DNA of 64,000 nucleotides from Candidatus Magasanikiibacteriota bacterium (GTDB taxonomy: Bacteria; Patescibacteriota; Patescibacteriia; Magasanikbacterales; UBA922). The notes under the pieces are model-generated. The model was not told the origin of the DNA, did no database searches, and saw only the letters and a list, made by a program, of their open reading frames with translations. The stretch is taken from assembly GCA_041665025.1 (NCBI GenBank), contig JBAYJP010000002.1, positions 64,691 to 128,690 of the forward strand, given 5' to 3'. The translations under genes and the position numbers were made by a program. Below, piece by piece: positions 9,726 through 19,825 of this stretch; within the stretch, counting starts at the first letter, position 1; each line of letters begins with the position of its first letter.

Positions 9726-10301
9726 ATGCCTGTCAGCAAACTAAAAAAATCCACAACTAAGCGTGGACCGAAGAAAAAAAATCAAAAAACAAAGGCTATT
9801 GAAGAAGCAGTAAAAAATATTCCAAGCATGATCATGAACGAAACATACAACCGCAGTAAAGCCGAGGCTACTACGGTGATTTATCCTGATACAGCCCAAG
9901 AAACCCGCCGCATCCCAAATCCAACAGAGAAACGTGCTGTTGCGCCAATATACGAACCTCCCAAAGGAAGCCACGCGTGGCTATGGACAGGAGTGGTCGT
10001 ATTTGTCGCCGTTATACTCACGATGTGGATATTAAACATGGGAACATTATTTTATCAATCAAAACAAGATCAAGACCCTGCTGAAAGAATTATTGAGACA
10101 AGCAGACAGGATTTACGATCAATCATGGAAACACTGGGGCAAAAAGAAAAAAATAATATACCCGTAACAACTACTACTTCTGAAATAAATCTCGATGAAA
10201 TAGAAAAAATGTTAGAAAAAACAGTTAATGAACTGCCACGCGCAACAACATCCACGTCATCAACTGAATACGGAAGAAATTCGGTACATAGAGAATTATA
10301 A
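9726..10301 (+). CDS. hypothetical protein (basic N-terminus, single TM)
   Basis: 191 aa. Lys-rich N-terminus, one hydrophobic helix (WLWTGVVVFVAVILTMWIL), no recognisable domain. Confidence 0.4.
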   Translation: MPVSKLKKSTTKRGPKKKNQKTKAIEEAVKNIPSMIMNETYNRSKAEATTVIYPDTAQETRRIPNPTEKRAVAPIYEPPKGSHAWLWTGVVVFVAVILTMWILNMGTLFYQSKQDQDPAERIIETSRQDLRSIMETLGQKEKNNIPVTTTTSEINLDEIEKMLEKTVNELPRATTSTSSTEYGRNSVHREL

Positions 10302-10315
10302 TATAATGTAAGCTT

Positions 10316-12805
10316 ATGAAAATTGTTTCAAAAAAAGAAGAAGGGGAAGAAACAAAATTTGAAGGAAGGGTAGAGCCTGTCAATCTCGTAGACGAAATGC
10401 AAACGTCATATCTTGACTACGCCATGAGTGTCATTGTTTCACGTGCTTTGCCAGATGTGCGCGATGGCTTGAAGCCTGTGCACCGCAGAATTCTCTATGC
10501 GATGTGGGATATTGGCCTCAAACATACTTCAAAATTTAGAAAGTCTGCTCACGTGGTCGGTGAAGTGATGGCCAAATACCACCCTCATGGAGACAGTGCT
10601 ATTTATGATTCTCTCGTACGCATGGCCCAAGATTTCAACATGCGCCACATGCTTGTGCACGGTCAAGGTAACTTTGGTTCTATGGATGGAGATAGCGCGG
10701 CTGCCATGCGTTATACCGAAGCAAAACTACATGCGATAGCCGAAGAAATGCTTTTAGATATAGAAAAGAAAACTGTAGACTTTTCACCCACATACGATGG
10801 CTCACACCGTGAACCGCGTGTATTGCCAAGCAAGCTCCCCAATCTTTTACTCAACGGCAGTATGGGTATTGCAGTTGGTATGGCAACCAATATTCCTCCT
10901 CATAATTTGGGAGAATTATGCGACGGTGTCACCCACCTCATAGACAATCCAAAAGCAACCGTTGAAGACCTCATGACATATATCAAAGGGCCTGACTTCC
11001 CCACCGGTGGTATTATTTATAATGCAAAAGATATTGAGGTTGCCTATGCCACAGGACGAGGCGGCATCCTTATGCGCGCGCGCACTGACATACAAGAGGA
11101 TAAGACTGGCTATTTCAAAATAATCGTGAGCGAGGTTCCCTATCAAGTAAACAAAGCAGTGTTGATTGAAAAAATTGCCACATTAGTTCAAGAAAAAAAA
11201 TTAGAAGATATTAGAGATCTGCGCGACGAGTCAAATAAAGACGGCGTGCGTATTGTTATTGAACTCAAAAAAGACGCCTATCCCAAAAAAGTTTTGAACC
11301 GTTTGTTCAAACTCACCGAACTCCAGACAACATTCCATGTCAATTTGCTCGCACTTGTCGATGGGCTCCAGCCTCGTGTCTTGAACATCAAAACAGTACT
11401 CGAGGAACATATCAAACATCGTCAAGAAATTATCCGCCGGCGCACTGAATTTGATTTGGATAAGGCAAAAGAACGCGCACATATTTTGGAAGGTTTGAAA
11501 AAAGCGTTAGACAAAATTGATTTAGTTATTGCAACCATTCGCAAATCAAAAGACAAAGAAGAGGCAAAACTAAACCTCATGAAAAAATTTGATTTTACCG
11601 AACGCCAGACCGTCGCTATTCTTGAGATGAGATTGCAACAACTTGCCAACCTTGAACGCCAGAAGATTGAAGATGAGCTAAAAAAGATGAAAGAGCTCAT
11701 AAAGGAATACGAAGCAATTCTTGCAAGTCCTAAAAAAATACTCGGTCTTATCAAAGACGAAATACAAGATATCAAATCAAAATTTGCCGATGAAAGACGC
11801 ACCCAAATTGTCGCTCATGGTGTTAAAGAATTTAGTATAGAAGACCTCGTGCCAAATGAACCGACACTTGTCATTACTACGCGTGACGGCTACATCAAAC
11901 GCTTGCCTCCTGATACATTCAAAACTCAAAGCCGTGGAGGCAAAGGTGTTATGGGATTGACTACCAAAGAAGAAGACGTGGTAGATGAGATTATTTCGAC
12001 CAACACGCATGACAATATTTTGTTCTTTACCACTCGTGGACGCGTATTCCAACTCCGTGCATATGACATGCCCGTTGCGTCACGCACATCCAAAGGACAG
12101 GCTTTGGTAAATTTCTTGCAACTCGCTCCAAACGAAAAAGTGAGTGCTATGCTCTCTGTAAGCGACATGAGTAAATATAAATACCTTATCATGCTCACGA
12201 CCAAAGGCACTATAAAAAAGACCGCTCTTGAGGATTTCTCCAATGTGCGCCGCTCAGGACTTATTGCACTCAAGCTCAAAGAAGACGACATGCTCGAATG
12301 GGTACGCCCTACAAGCGGCAGTAATGACATTATGGTCATAACAGCCCAAGGACAGTCCATCCGCTTCAAGGAAGCCAATGTACGGCCTATGGGACGTACG
12401 GCAAGTGGAGTGCGTGGCATGAGACTCAAGTCAAATGACCACGTCGTAGGCATGGATGCAGTCTCATCTGACTTGGTAAAACGAAAAGTCCTTGAACTCC
12501 TGGTCATTTCTGAACATGGGCTTGGCAAACGCACCAATCTAAATGAATACAAAATTCAAGGTCGTGGCGGTAGTGGTGTAAAAACAATGGCAGTAACCCA
12601 AAAAACAGGAAAAATTATTAGCGCGCACATTATCAATAATACTGAAAATAATGACCTCATGATTATTTCAGTAAATGGCCAGGTCGTACGCACACCGCTC
12701 AAATCAATTTCAGTGCTCGGTCGTGCAACCCAAGGCGTACGGGTGATGCGATTTAAAGAAGAGAATGATAAAGTTGCCAGTATTGCAGTGCTTCTGGGAG
12801 AATAA
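10316..12805 (+). CDS. gyrA: DNA gyrase subunit A
   Basis: 829 aa. N-terminal breakage-reunion domain (AAMRYTEAKL, active-site Tyr region) and C-terminal beta-pinwheel repeats (QGRGGKGV, RTASGVRGM, QGRGGSGV). Confidence 0.95.
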   Translation: MKIVSKKEEGEETKFEGRVEPVNLVDEMQTSYLDYAMSVIVSRALPDVRDGLKPVHRRILYAMWDIGLKHTSKFRKSAHVVGEVMAKYHPHGDSAIYDSLVRMAQDFNMRHMLVHGQGNFGSMDGDSAAAMRYTEAKLHAIAEEMLLDIEKKTVDFSPTYDGSHREPRVLPSKLPNLLLNGSMGIAVGMATNIPPHNLGELCDGVTHLIDNPKATVEDLMTYIKGPDFPTGGIIYNAKDIEVAYATGRGGILMRARTDIQEDKTGYFKIIVSEVPYQVNKAVLIEKIATLVQEKKLEDIRDLRDESNKDGVRIVIELKKDAYPKKVLNRLFKLTELQTTFHVNLLALVDGLQPRVLNIKTVLEEHIKHRQEIIRRRTEFDLDKAKERAHILEGLKKALDKIDLVIATIRKSKDKEEAKLNLMKKFDFTERQTVAILEMRLQQLANLERQKIEDELKKMKELIKEYEAILASPKKILGLIKDEIQDIKSKFADERRTQIVAHGVKEFSIEDLVPNEPTLVITTRDGYIKRLPPDTFKTQSRGGKGVMGLTTKEEDVVDEIISTNTHDNILFFTTRGRVFQLRAYDMPVASRTSKGQALVNFLQLAPNEKVSAMLSVSDMSKYKYLIMLTTKGTIKKTALEDFSNVRRSGLIALKLKEDDMLEWVRPTSGSNDIMVITAQGQSIRFKEANVRPMGRTASGVRGMRLKSNDHVVGMDAVSSDLVKRKVLELLVISEHGLGKRTNLNEYKIQGRGGSGVKTMAVTQKTGKIISAHIINNTENNDLMIISVNGQVVRTPLKSISVLGRATQGVRVMRFKEENDKVASIAVLLGE

Positions 12806-12820
12806 GAATAATGAAAAAAT

Positions 12821-12860
12821 AAAAAACCCTGTGCCAGAACGGTACAGGGTTTTTGTTTTA
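12821..12860. terminator. bidirectional intrinsic terminator
   Basis: 'AAAAAACCCTGTgccagaacggtACAGGGTTTTTGTTTT' between convergent gyrA(+) and ruvA(-). Confidence 0.65.
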
Positions 12861-12937
12861 AAAAAATTTCAAATCAGGCGGAGATACCGTTTGCTTCAAC
12901 AGTACGGATTTCAAGAAGTTCTCCCATATATGTATTA

Positions 12938-13513
12938 TTACTTTGATAATAATTTCAAACTTTCTCTAAGCAAAACTCCCGCATCTTTTCCTTCAGAATC
13001 TAAATTATTTACCACTCTACGAGCTTCTTCTCTACTATAACCCATATTCACTAATGCCTCAACTACTTCACCCAAAACGCCACTCGCCTGTTCCCTGTTC
13101 CCTGTTCCCTGTTCCCTGATCTTTGATTTCAAATCCACAACTATCCTCTCTGCTGTCTTTTTTCCAATTCCACTCACACCCGTCAAATAAGCCACATCTC
13201 CCCTGCCAATCGCAGATTGAATATGTTCAAGACTTCCGAGACCCATGATATTCATGGCAGTACGCGGCCCAACACCATTGACTGAAATGAGAAGTTCAAA
13301 AAATTCTTTTTCTTCTAACGTCTTAAACCCAAATAATTCCATGGCATTTTCTGAAACTTTTAAATATGTATAGACTGTTACTTCTTGCCCATTTTTTAAT
13401 TCAACAAAAAAAGGCGCGGATACATGTACTTCATATCCAACGCCTGATTGTGTAAACAAAACAATGATATTATTTCTTTGAAAAATTATTGTACCAAAAA
13501 GTGCAGAGATCAT
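12938..13513 (-). CDS. ruvA: Holliday junction DNA helicase subunit RuvA
   Basis: 191 aa. OB-fold N-domain, twin helix-hairpin-helix (ELLISVNGVGPRTAMNIM / LTGVSGIGKKTAERIV) and C-terminal RuvB-interaction domain. Contains an in-frame (ccctgtt)x4 microsatellite in the domain II-III linker (13081-13110, encoding GTGNREQ). Confidence 0.9.
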   Translation of the reverse strand: MISALFGTIIFQRNNIIVLFTQSGVGYEVHVSAPFFVELKNGQEVTVYTYLKVSENAMELFGFKTLEEKEFFELLISVNGVGPRTAMNIMGLGSLEHIQSAIGRGDVAYLTGVSGIGKKTAERIVVDLKSKIREQGTGNREQASGVLGEVVEALVNMGYSREEARRVVNNLDSEGKDAGVLLRESLKLLSK

Positions 13514-13539
13514 GTTACTACGATTAAAAAACCGGAATA

Positions 13540-14349
13540 CTACATTCTTGCCTCTCGACGATTTTGTGACGACTGCAAATCTCCAGCCCTCCTACGCAGA
13601 TCTTCGACCTTAGATAGCAGGGCCCCACCATCCGCCAGACGGACTTTGCTCGAACCCATGTTAGCTCTTAGACCATTTGCAACAACATTTAGTCGTTCAG
13701 TTTGAACTTGAGCCAAGTCATTGAACGACCCATCAATTCCCTGTGCTTCAATTGCACTTCTATCTGTATCCTGTAAAATATCTATTTCTTTCCCAATAGC
13801 CCGAAGTTCTTTAAAAATCAATTCATAGTCAGGACCTTTCGCTTGTGCTTCTATATCTTCAATCTGTTCTACTACTCGCTCTAAATCACGCTGTGTTGGC
13901 ACCATTTCTAAATTAACAGAATTTGAATCTCCCATCGCATACCCTTGGTTGAAAAGTTCTTTTGCATTTGCAAATCTCTCGCGATACAAAGTAAGGATAT
14001 TTTCGAGTGCTGGTTTAACCCTTCGCACCACCATAGAGACATACAATGGCAAATTTGGGGAGTTTAACAATTCTTGAACTGACCCAACATAGTCTCTCAC
14101 AGCATGAACATTTTCTGTACTTGAGAACTCGTTGCTTTCCTTTGCTATATGCTGAAGTTCTTCCAAACCAGAATTTACAATGTTGTAAAAGCGAACATCC
14201 ATTTCTTGGTCAAGCTCATCACCAGTAAGAGTCTCGCTTCTATCCCGTCTCTGTAATTCTTTCCTCTTTTTTTCATCCAGCTTAGCTCGCTCTGCATGTC
14301 CTGATTGAAAGTTAGATGCTGCTTCATAACGCTCAGAAATTTCAGACAT
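13540..14349 (-). CDS. hypothetical coiled-coil protein
   Basis: 269 aa, charged and heptad-rich, no recognisable motif. Confidence 0.4.
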   Translation of the reverse strand: MSEISERYEAASNFQSGHAERAKLDEKKRKELQRRDRSETLTGDELDQEMDVRFYNIVNSGLEELQHIAKESNEFSSTENVHAVRDYVGSVQELLNSPNLPLYVSMVVRRVKPALENILTLYRERFANAKELFNQGYAMGDSNSVNLEMVPTQRDLERVVEQIEDIEAQAKGPDYELIFKELRAIGKEIDILQDTDRSAIEAQGIDGSFNDLAQVQTERLNVVANGLRANMGSSKVRLADGGALLSKVEDLRRRAGDLQSSQNRREARM

Positions 14350-14489
14350 ATTTTTTGAAGATTAAATCTTTAAATCCACATGAGGGTAAAAAATACATGA
14401 ACTTCATATCCAACGCCACAAAGGGTTAATAGAGAAATTTTATTATTATTTTTTGAGACAATTGTACCTTTCAGAAAGGGGAACATACG

Positions 14490-14882
14490 TTATGCAGCCA
14501 TTTTTTTCTTAGATGCAACTGCTCTATTCAAATCGTCTTTAAATCGAACAAGTGTCTCTCTCCTTACTCCTGCACCAGGGATATCTCTGCTTTCTTGCAA
14601 CACTTCCCTAATACGCTGTGCTTCCAAAACCAATTTTTGTACCATTTTGGGATCTGCTCCTTCTAATGCTTGTCCCAATCCTTCTATCAGTCCATTCCAA
14701 TATATTAAACTACCTGACTCTCTATCGTTTCCTGGCAACAGGTACTCCTGACCTGCTCGTATAAAACTCAAATCTTCTTGTGCTTGATGAGCTAAAAAAT
14801 TTAAATCAGCGCCTATGGATTGTCTTGATTCAATACGCGATGTCATAATAATATAGTTAAAAATAACAAACAAATATACCAC
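14490..14882 (-). CDS. hypothetical protein
   Basis: 130 aa ORF co-oriented with neighbours; no recognisable domain. Confidence 0.35.
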   Translation of the reverse strand: MVYLFVIFNYIIMTSRIESRQSIGADLNFLAHQAQEDLSFIRAGQEYLLPGNDRESGSLIYWNGLIEGLGQALEGADPKMVQKLVLEAQRIREVLQESRDIPGAGVRRETLVRFKDDLNRAVASKKKMAA

Positions 14883-14906
14883 AAATTACCCTTTTTGTCA
14901 ATGTAT

Positions 14907-15335
14907 TCACCTACGTGAACTTGATGTATATTTTTCGTGTAAGCTATGTGCTTCTTGTCTAACTTGTTCCAAGCGACTAGTGGGTATACCATAACGTACG
15001 AACAAACTATGGGGGTTACTCTTCTGGTCGTTTAGGATATCAACTTCATAGTCCATCAAAAGCGAAGTAATAAGTATATCTATCTTCATCAAAACTTCTT
15101 CTATACCCCACTTACTACCTATCTCGGTTGCTTTTTTATAATATCTTTTCAGAAACTCAATGCTATCGCACACTTGAGCTAAAACTCTTACTCGTTCGGA
15201 TTTACGAATATCAAATTCTCTAAGATCAATATTCATCTGGAGAGATTCAATGCGCTCTTTGGTCATGAGAAAAAATTCTTGTATTTTATTTTCTTGAGCA
15301 TCTCTTAGTGCTTCATCCGAAAGTCTTTCGCCCAT
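14907..15335 (-). CDS. hypothetical protein
   Basis: 142 aa ORF, 5-nt gap to the U32 peptidase gene; no recognisable domain. Confidence 0.35.
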   Translation of the reverse strand: MGERLSDEALRDAQENKIQEFFLMTKERIESLQMNIDLREFDIRKSERVRVLAQVCDSIEFLKRYYKKATEIGSKWGIEEVLMKIDILITSLLMDYEVDILNDQKSNPHSLFVRYGIPTSRLEQVRQEAHSLHEKYTSSSRR

Positions 15336-15340
15336 ATTAT

Positions 15341-16654
15341 TTATTTCTTCTTAAACAAAATACTAAATGGCTTAACTTCTTTTTTTAATTCAAATATATA
15401 CGTTCCATTAGCTCCACCATGGCAACTGTCTACTGTTTGTCCATGTACAGTATATATGTTTTGTATGGTAATCTGCAAGTCTTTTGCGTCTGGCTGAAGA
15501 ATATGGATCTTATCACCAACTACAACCGTATTGTGGGGTTTAAAAGTAATTTTAAATATCTTTTTTTCTTTTTCACATGCTAGCACTTGACCCACAAATT
15601 GCTCCTCTCCACCTACATGGCTATTTTCTGTATTTTGTTCAACTGTGTCTCGGCCAAACAAAAATCCAGCGGTATACCCGCGGTGAATGAGGTTTTCTAA
15701 ATATTGTTTTTTAATTAATTTTAATTTCTTCTTATCTGAAATTCCATCCACTGCTTGTCGATATGCCTTAATAACGCTTGAGAGATACGCCACACTTTTT
15801 GCCCTGCCTTCAATTTTGAAACTTGTTATGCCAGCATCAATTAATTCAGGTATATGTTCAATAAGACACAGATCTTTTGAATTGAAGATGTATGTCCCAT
15901 GCATATCTTCTTCCACAGGTATTTTCATACCCGGACGATTTGGCTCTTCAACTTCAACCGCTAAAACATCTCCGAAGCCCACTCGTTTGCTCCCCCTCAT
16001 AGGGGGAGCTGTCTCCGCAGAGACAGAGGGGGTATCTATGTTGTATTTCCAACGACACGGCTGTGCACAATCACCTAAATTTGCACTTCGTCCGGTAAGC
16101 CATGCCGAGAGCATACACCTCCCAGAATAACTCATACACATGGCTCCGTGCACAAAATACTCAAGTTCACATTTTGGAACTCGCTTATGAATTTCTTTTA
16201 TTTCTTTTAGCGTTACTTCCCTGCCTAAGATAACGCGAGAAACGCCTTGCTCATACCAAAATTTTACCGCCTGCCAATTCGTCGCATTTGCTTGAGTAGA
16301 AAGATGAATTGAAATATTTGGTGCGTATTGTTTGACCATTTGTATTACACCTGGGTCAGACACGATAAGTCCATCGGGTTTCCACTGATTTAGTTTTTTC
16401 AAATATGCAGGCAATTGTTTAATATGTTCATTATGCGCGTAAATATTTGCCGTTACATATATTTTTTTTTCCATTGCATGTGCGTATTCGATTGCTTCGC
16501 GCACTTGGTCCAACGTAAATGAATTGATACGTACACGCAAACTAAAATCGGGGATGCCTAAATACACGGCATCAGCTCCATAGGCAAACGCGTATTTCAT
16601 TTTTTCAAAATCACCCGCTGGAGCGAGTAATTCTTTACTTTGCTTTTTAAGCAT
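15341..16654 (-). CDS. peptidase U32 family protein
   Basis: Canonical U32 signature 'ELEYFVHGAMCMSYSGRCMLSAW...GDCAQPCRW' plus N-terminal TIM-barrel 'LLAPAGDFEKMKYAFAYGADAVYLG'. Confidence 0.85.
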   Translation of the reverse strand: MLKKQSKELLAPAGDFEKMKYAFAYGADAVYLGIPDFSLRVRINSFTLDQVREAIEYAHAMEKKIYVTANIYAHNEHIKQLPAYLKKLNQWKPDGLIVSDPGVIQMVKQYAPNISIHLSTQANATNWQAVKFWYEQGVSRVILGREVTLKEIKEIHKRVPKCELEYFVHGAMCMSYSGRCMLSAWLTGRSANLGDCAQPCRWKYNIDTPSVSAETAPPMRGSKRVGFGDVLAVEVEEPNRPGMKIPVEEDMHGTYIFNSKDLCLIEHIPELIDAGITSFKIEGRAKSVAYLSSVIKAYRQAVDGISDKKKLKLIKKQYLENLIHRGYTAGFLFGRDTVEQNTENSHVGGEEQFVGQVLACEKEKKIFKITFKPHNTVVVGDKIHILQPDAKDLQITIQNIYTVHGQTVDSCHGGANGTYIFELKKEVKPFSILFKKK

Positions 16655-16663
16655 ACCTATGTG

Positions 16664-18184
16664 CTACTTATGTTTCAAAAAATATTCCACAATAGTTTGT
16701 ACCCCAAATCCATTTGCTCCAGCGCGAATCCATGGTTTTCCTTTTCCGTCATAAATAGCACCAGCCAAGTCAATATGCGCCCATGGGTAGAAAGGATTTT
16801 CGTCTTTATCTTGTGTAAAAAACTCCAAAAATGCAGCACCGATGCTTGCCTGTCCATACTTATCAGCACCATTTCCTGCCGCGTTTCTGATATCTGCGAT
16901 TTCACTTTTGTTTACTTCTTTGAACTCTTCACCGAGTGGTAATCTCCATAGTTGTTCACCACATTCCTGCGAAGATGAAAGGAGGCGCTCAACTATTTTC
17001 TCTTCTTGACTAAAAAGCCCAGAACGTTCGAGGCCAACCGCAACCATACAACCACCCGTAAGTGTAGCTAAATCAATAACCTCTTTCGGATTATATTTAT
17101 TTGCATAGCAAAGGGCATCTGCCAAAATCAATCTGCCCTCGGCATCAGTATTTTTTATTTCAACGCTTTTTCCATTATACGCAGTCAAAATATCATCTGG
17201 TCTAAATGCTGAACCGCCTGGCATATTCTCGGCTGCAGGGATAAGGGCGACGATATTTTTCTTGATCTTTAATGACGCAGACACATACATAATACCCAAT
17301 ACTGCTGCGGCGCCCAGCATATCATATTTCATATCTACCAAATAATCCCGCGGCTTAAGGCTCAAACCCCCTGAATCATAGGTCACGCCTTTTCCAACTA
17401 GCACAGTAGGTTTCTCTGTTGCTTTTGAAGCTCCCTTATATTCCACCACAATAAATTTTGGTTCTTCCTGCGAGCCTTTTGCAACACCGAGCAATAAACC
17501 CATTCCCATTTTTTCTAAATTTTTTTTTGAAAAAATCGTGACATTGAGAGAGCCAAACTTCTTGGTATGCGACTGGGCTTCCTTGGCCAAATAACTTGGC
17601 GTCATAATTGTAGGAGGATGATTTCCCAAATGGCGCGCCAAATTGACGCCTTCACCAATAACACGACCGAGCTCAATACCTGCTTCAAACAATTTTTGTT
17701 CAGACGATTTTACATCCAAAATACATTCAATATGTGTCACGAGGGAGACTCGGCTTTCTTTGTCGGTCTTGTGTTCATCATACGCATACGAAGCAATCTC
17801 TACAGCCACAGCAGTTTCCTTGCCTACACGTTTTTTATCCCATTTTTTCGTGATTTCCACAGGCACAACCACTGCAATGTTCTGATTTTTCTTATTCTGT
17901 GCATATACTATGGCAGCGCCAATCACTTCCTTATATCGCTTTATGGTTATGTCTCTTTCTCTGCCCATACCAACAAATAAAACTTTTTTCACCATACTAT
18001 GAGAACCATAAACAAGCGTCATTTCTAATTTTTTGCCCGTTAGATCACCCTCAATCAAATTCTCAACTGCTCTATCAAGCGTCACTCCATAAAATTGAAC
18101 GCCTTTATTTTTTTTATCCTCAAATAAAGGAACGACGAGGATGCTTGACCTTCGAGGCTCAGACAAATAACTATATGAAATCAT
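16664..18184 (-). CDS. pepA: leucyl aminopeptidase (M17 family)
   Basis: M17 signature 'NTDAEGRLILADAL' and metal-binding residues in 'VGKGVTYDSGG'. Confidence 0.9.
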   Translation of the reverse strand: MISYSYLSEPRRSSILVVPLFEDKKNKGVQFYGVTLDRAVENLIEGDLTGKKLEMTLVYGSHSMVKKVLFVGMGRERDITIKRYKEVIGAAIVYAQNKKNQNIAVVVPVEITKKWDKKRVGKETAVAVEIASYAYDEHKTDKESRVSLVTHIECILDVKSSEQKLFEAGIELGRVIGEGVNLARHLGNHPPTIMTPSYLAKEAQSHTKKFGSLNVTIFSKKNLEKMGMGLLLGVAKGSQEEPKFIVVEYKGASKATEKPTVLVGKGVTYDSGGLSLKPRDYLVDMKYDMLGAAAVLGIMYVSASLKIKKNIVALIPAAENMPGGSAFRPDDILTAYNGKSVEIKNTDAEGRLILADALCYANKYNPKEVIDLATLTGGCMVAVGLERSGLFSQEEKIVERLLSSSQECGEQLWRLPLGEEFKEVNKSEIADIRNAAGNGADKYGQASIGAAFLEFFTQDKDENPFYPWAHIDLAGAIYDGKGKPWIRAGANGFGVQTIVEYFLKHK

Positions 18185-18289
18185 ATAAAAAACATTAATG
18201 TGTAAGTTTTTTGATTGTAACGTGTTTTATTCTCAAAGTCAATAAAACCCACCGTCGGTGGATTTTATTGTACATAACTTTTATAAATA

Positions 18290-19219
18290 TTAAATCCTTT
18301 CAATTTTTTTGCCCGTAAAATCTGTAAACTCGCTCCTATCCACTTTCCAAAAATTCAAAGCAACCGGCACTTTGCCAGATCCTCCGGGCGTGTCTATAAC
18401 ATACATAGGACATGCAAGCCCACTAAGACGTGAACGCAATTCTGTCATCATCTGCACTTCTTTATCAAAATCTACAATAAAATGCTCTGCGCCACGAACT
18501 AAATCGCATCTATAAAAATAATATGGTTTTACGCCTATTTCGACGAGACCGCTAAATAAATCATACAACACTCCAACTGAGTCATTTACGCCTGCCAAAG
18601 ATACAGTCTGGGACAAAAGCATGGTAGAAACTTTTTGTAATTTCTTTATTGCTTTCAGTGTCTGTGGTGTTATCTCGGCTGGATGTTCAAAATGAACCAT
18701 GAGATATAATGGCTGTGTTTTTACTACTTTAAGCGCATCAATTACCTTCTGATTTACCATTGAGGGATTAGAGGCGTGAAGCCGGGTGCCCACGCGAATA
18801 ATTTTAATCTGTGGCAAGGCAGAAAATTTTTCTAGTGCTTTCTTCAGCAAACCTGGGACAGTCAAGGGGTCGCCACCGGAAAAAACAAGTTCTCGTATTT
18901 CTGGATGTTTTTTCACATAGGTAACCATCTTATTTAGATCTCTTCCATTGATGACACCTTTTTGGATATCTGATACCTTTCTTCTGCGTGTACAAAAACG
19001 GCAATACGCTGCACAGTTCATGGTTAATAAAACCAGCGCTCGATTTCCATACTTATGGACAAGCCCACGCGTTACTGTGTGTTCTTCTTCCATCAATGGA
19101 TCTACCATGGTTAATTCTTCGTCCTTTTCCTCTTTATCTGAAGGGACGAATTGATTGTATATCGCGGGACAAACCTTGGTGAGTTTTTTTAGATATGGTG
19201 ATAATCGAGTTGCGAGCAT
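18290..19219 (-). CDS. KamA-family radical SAM protein (lysine 2,3-aminomutase / EpmB-like), short form
   Basis: 'CAAYCRFCTRRRK' matches the KamA/EpmB CxxxCRFCxRR radical-SAM motif. 309 aa, shorter than canonical KamA. Confidence 0.65.
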   Translation of the reverse strand: MLATRLSPYLKKLTKVCPAIYNQFVPSDKEEKDEELTMVDPLMEEEHTVTRGLVHKYGNRALVLLTMNCAAYCRFCTRRRKVSDIQKGVINGRDLNKMVTYVKKHPEIRELVFSGGDPLTVPGLLKKALEKFSALPQIKIIRVGTRLHASNPSMVNQKVIDALKVVKTQPLYLMVHFEHPAEITPQTLKAIKKLQKVSTMLLSQTVSLAGVNDSVGVLYDLFSGLVEIGVKPYYFYRCDLVRGAEHFIVDFDKEVQMMTELRSRLSGLACPMYVIDTPGGSGKVPVALNFWKVDRSEFTDFTGKKIERI

Positions 19220-19234
19220 ATTAAAAATAATTAA

Positions 19235-19825
19235 TCAATTTAATTTTAAAATATCCAATATAATTTTTTTATGCTTATCTTTATTTTCGATACAATCTTT
19301 TTTAATTTTGGAAAAATAATTCTGTATTGTTTTATTATCCTCTTCAACTAATTTCAGTGCTTCCCAAACTGATATACCCGACTGACCCATAAGACAGTCC
19401 GCTTCTTCGCCAGGCTCATATACTACTTCCCCTTTCTCATCAACCCAAAAAGGATATATCTTACAAACTAACGGCCTATTATCTCTTAATGTACAGCCGT
19501 GCCCATCGCTAAGAAAAATACAGTCGCCATTTTTATTTTTCTTTATATTAGTTTTAAAAAAATTCTTACCAATTTTAATTAAGCTATTTTTCCACCACGC
19601 TTCATCATCATGCATGCTTTCAAGCTTATATTCGCCAGCAATCACAAAATCTTGAATTTGATATCCGAGGGAAGTTATTGTATTAATATCTTCAATCATC
19701 AGCGGAAATTTCAGCCATCCTTCACAACATGAAACTTTATTTATTTTTTTACATTCAAGACATTTGTTAAATGTGATAGTATCTGCCATACATACCTGCT
19801 TAAAATTATCGACCTGGATATTCAA
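19235..19825 (-). CDS. Cys-rich protein, YkgJ/UPF0153-like putative Zn/Fe-S binding
   Basis: 'FNKCLECKKINKVSCCEGW' clustered cysteines plus further Cys/His downstream. Overlaps the next gene by 20 nt (operon). Confidence 0.3.
   Translation of the reverse strand: MNIQVDNFKQVCMADTITFNKCLECKKINKVSCCEGWLKFPLMIEDINTITSLGYQIQDFVIAGEYKLESMHDDEAWWKNSLIKIGKNFFKTNIKKNKNGDCIFLSDGHGCTLRDNRPLVCKIYPFWVDEKGEVVYEPGEEADCLMGQSGISVWEALKLVEEDNKTIQNYFSKIKKDCIENKDKHKKIILDILKLN

Noticed and set aside
11926-12552. 208-aa minus-strand ORF inside gyrA, and many other 60-130-aa antisense ORFs inside gyrA, ileS, pepA and the pilin genes
   Set aside because: They overlap high-confidence genes on the opposite strand, have no motifs, and show biased composition typical of antisense frames.
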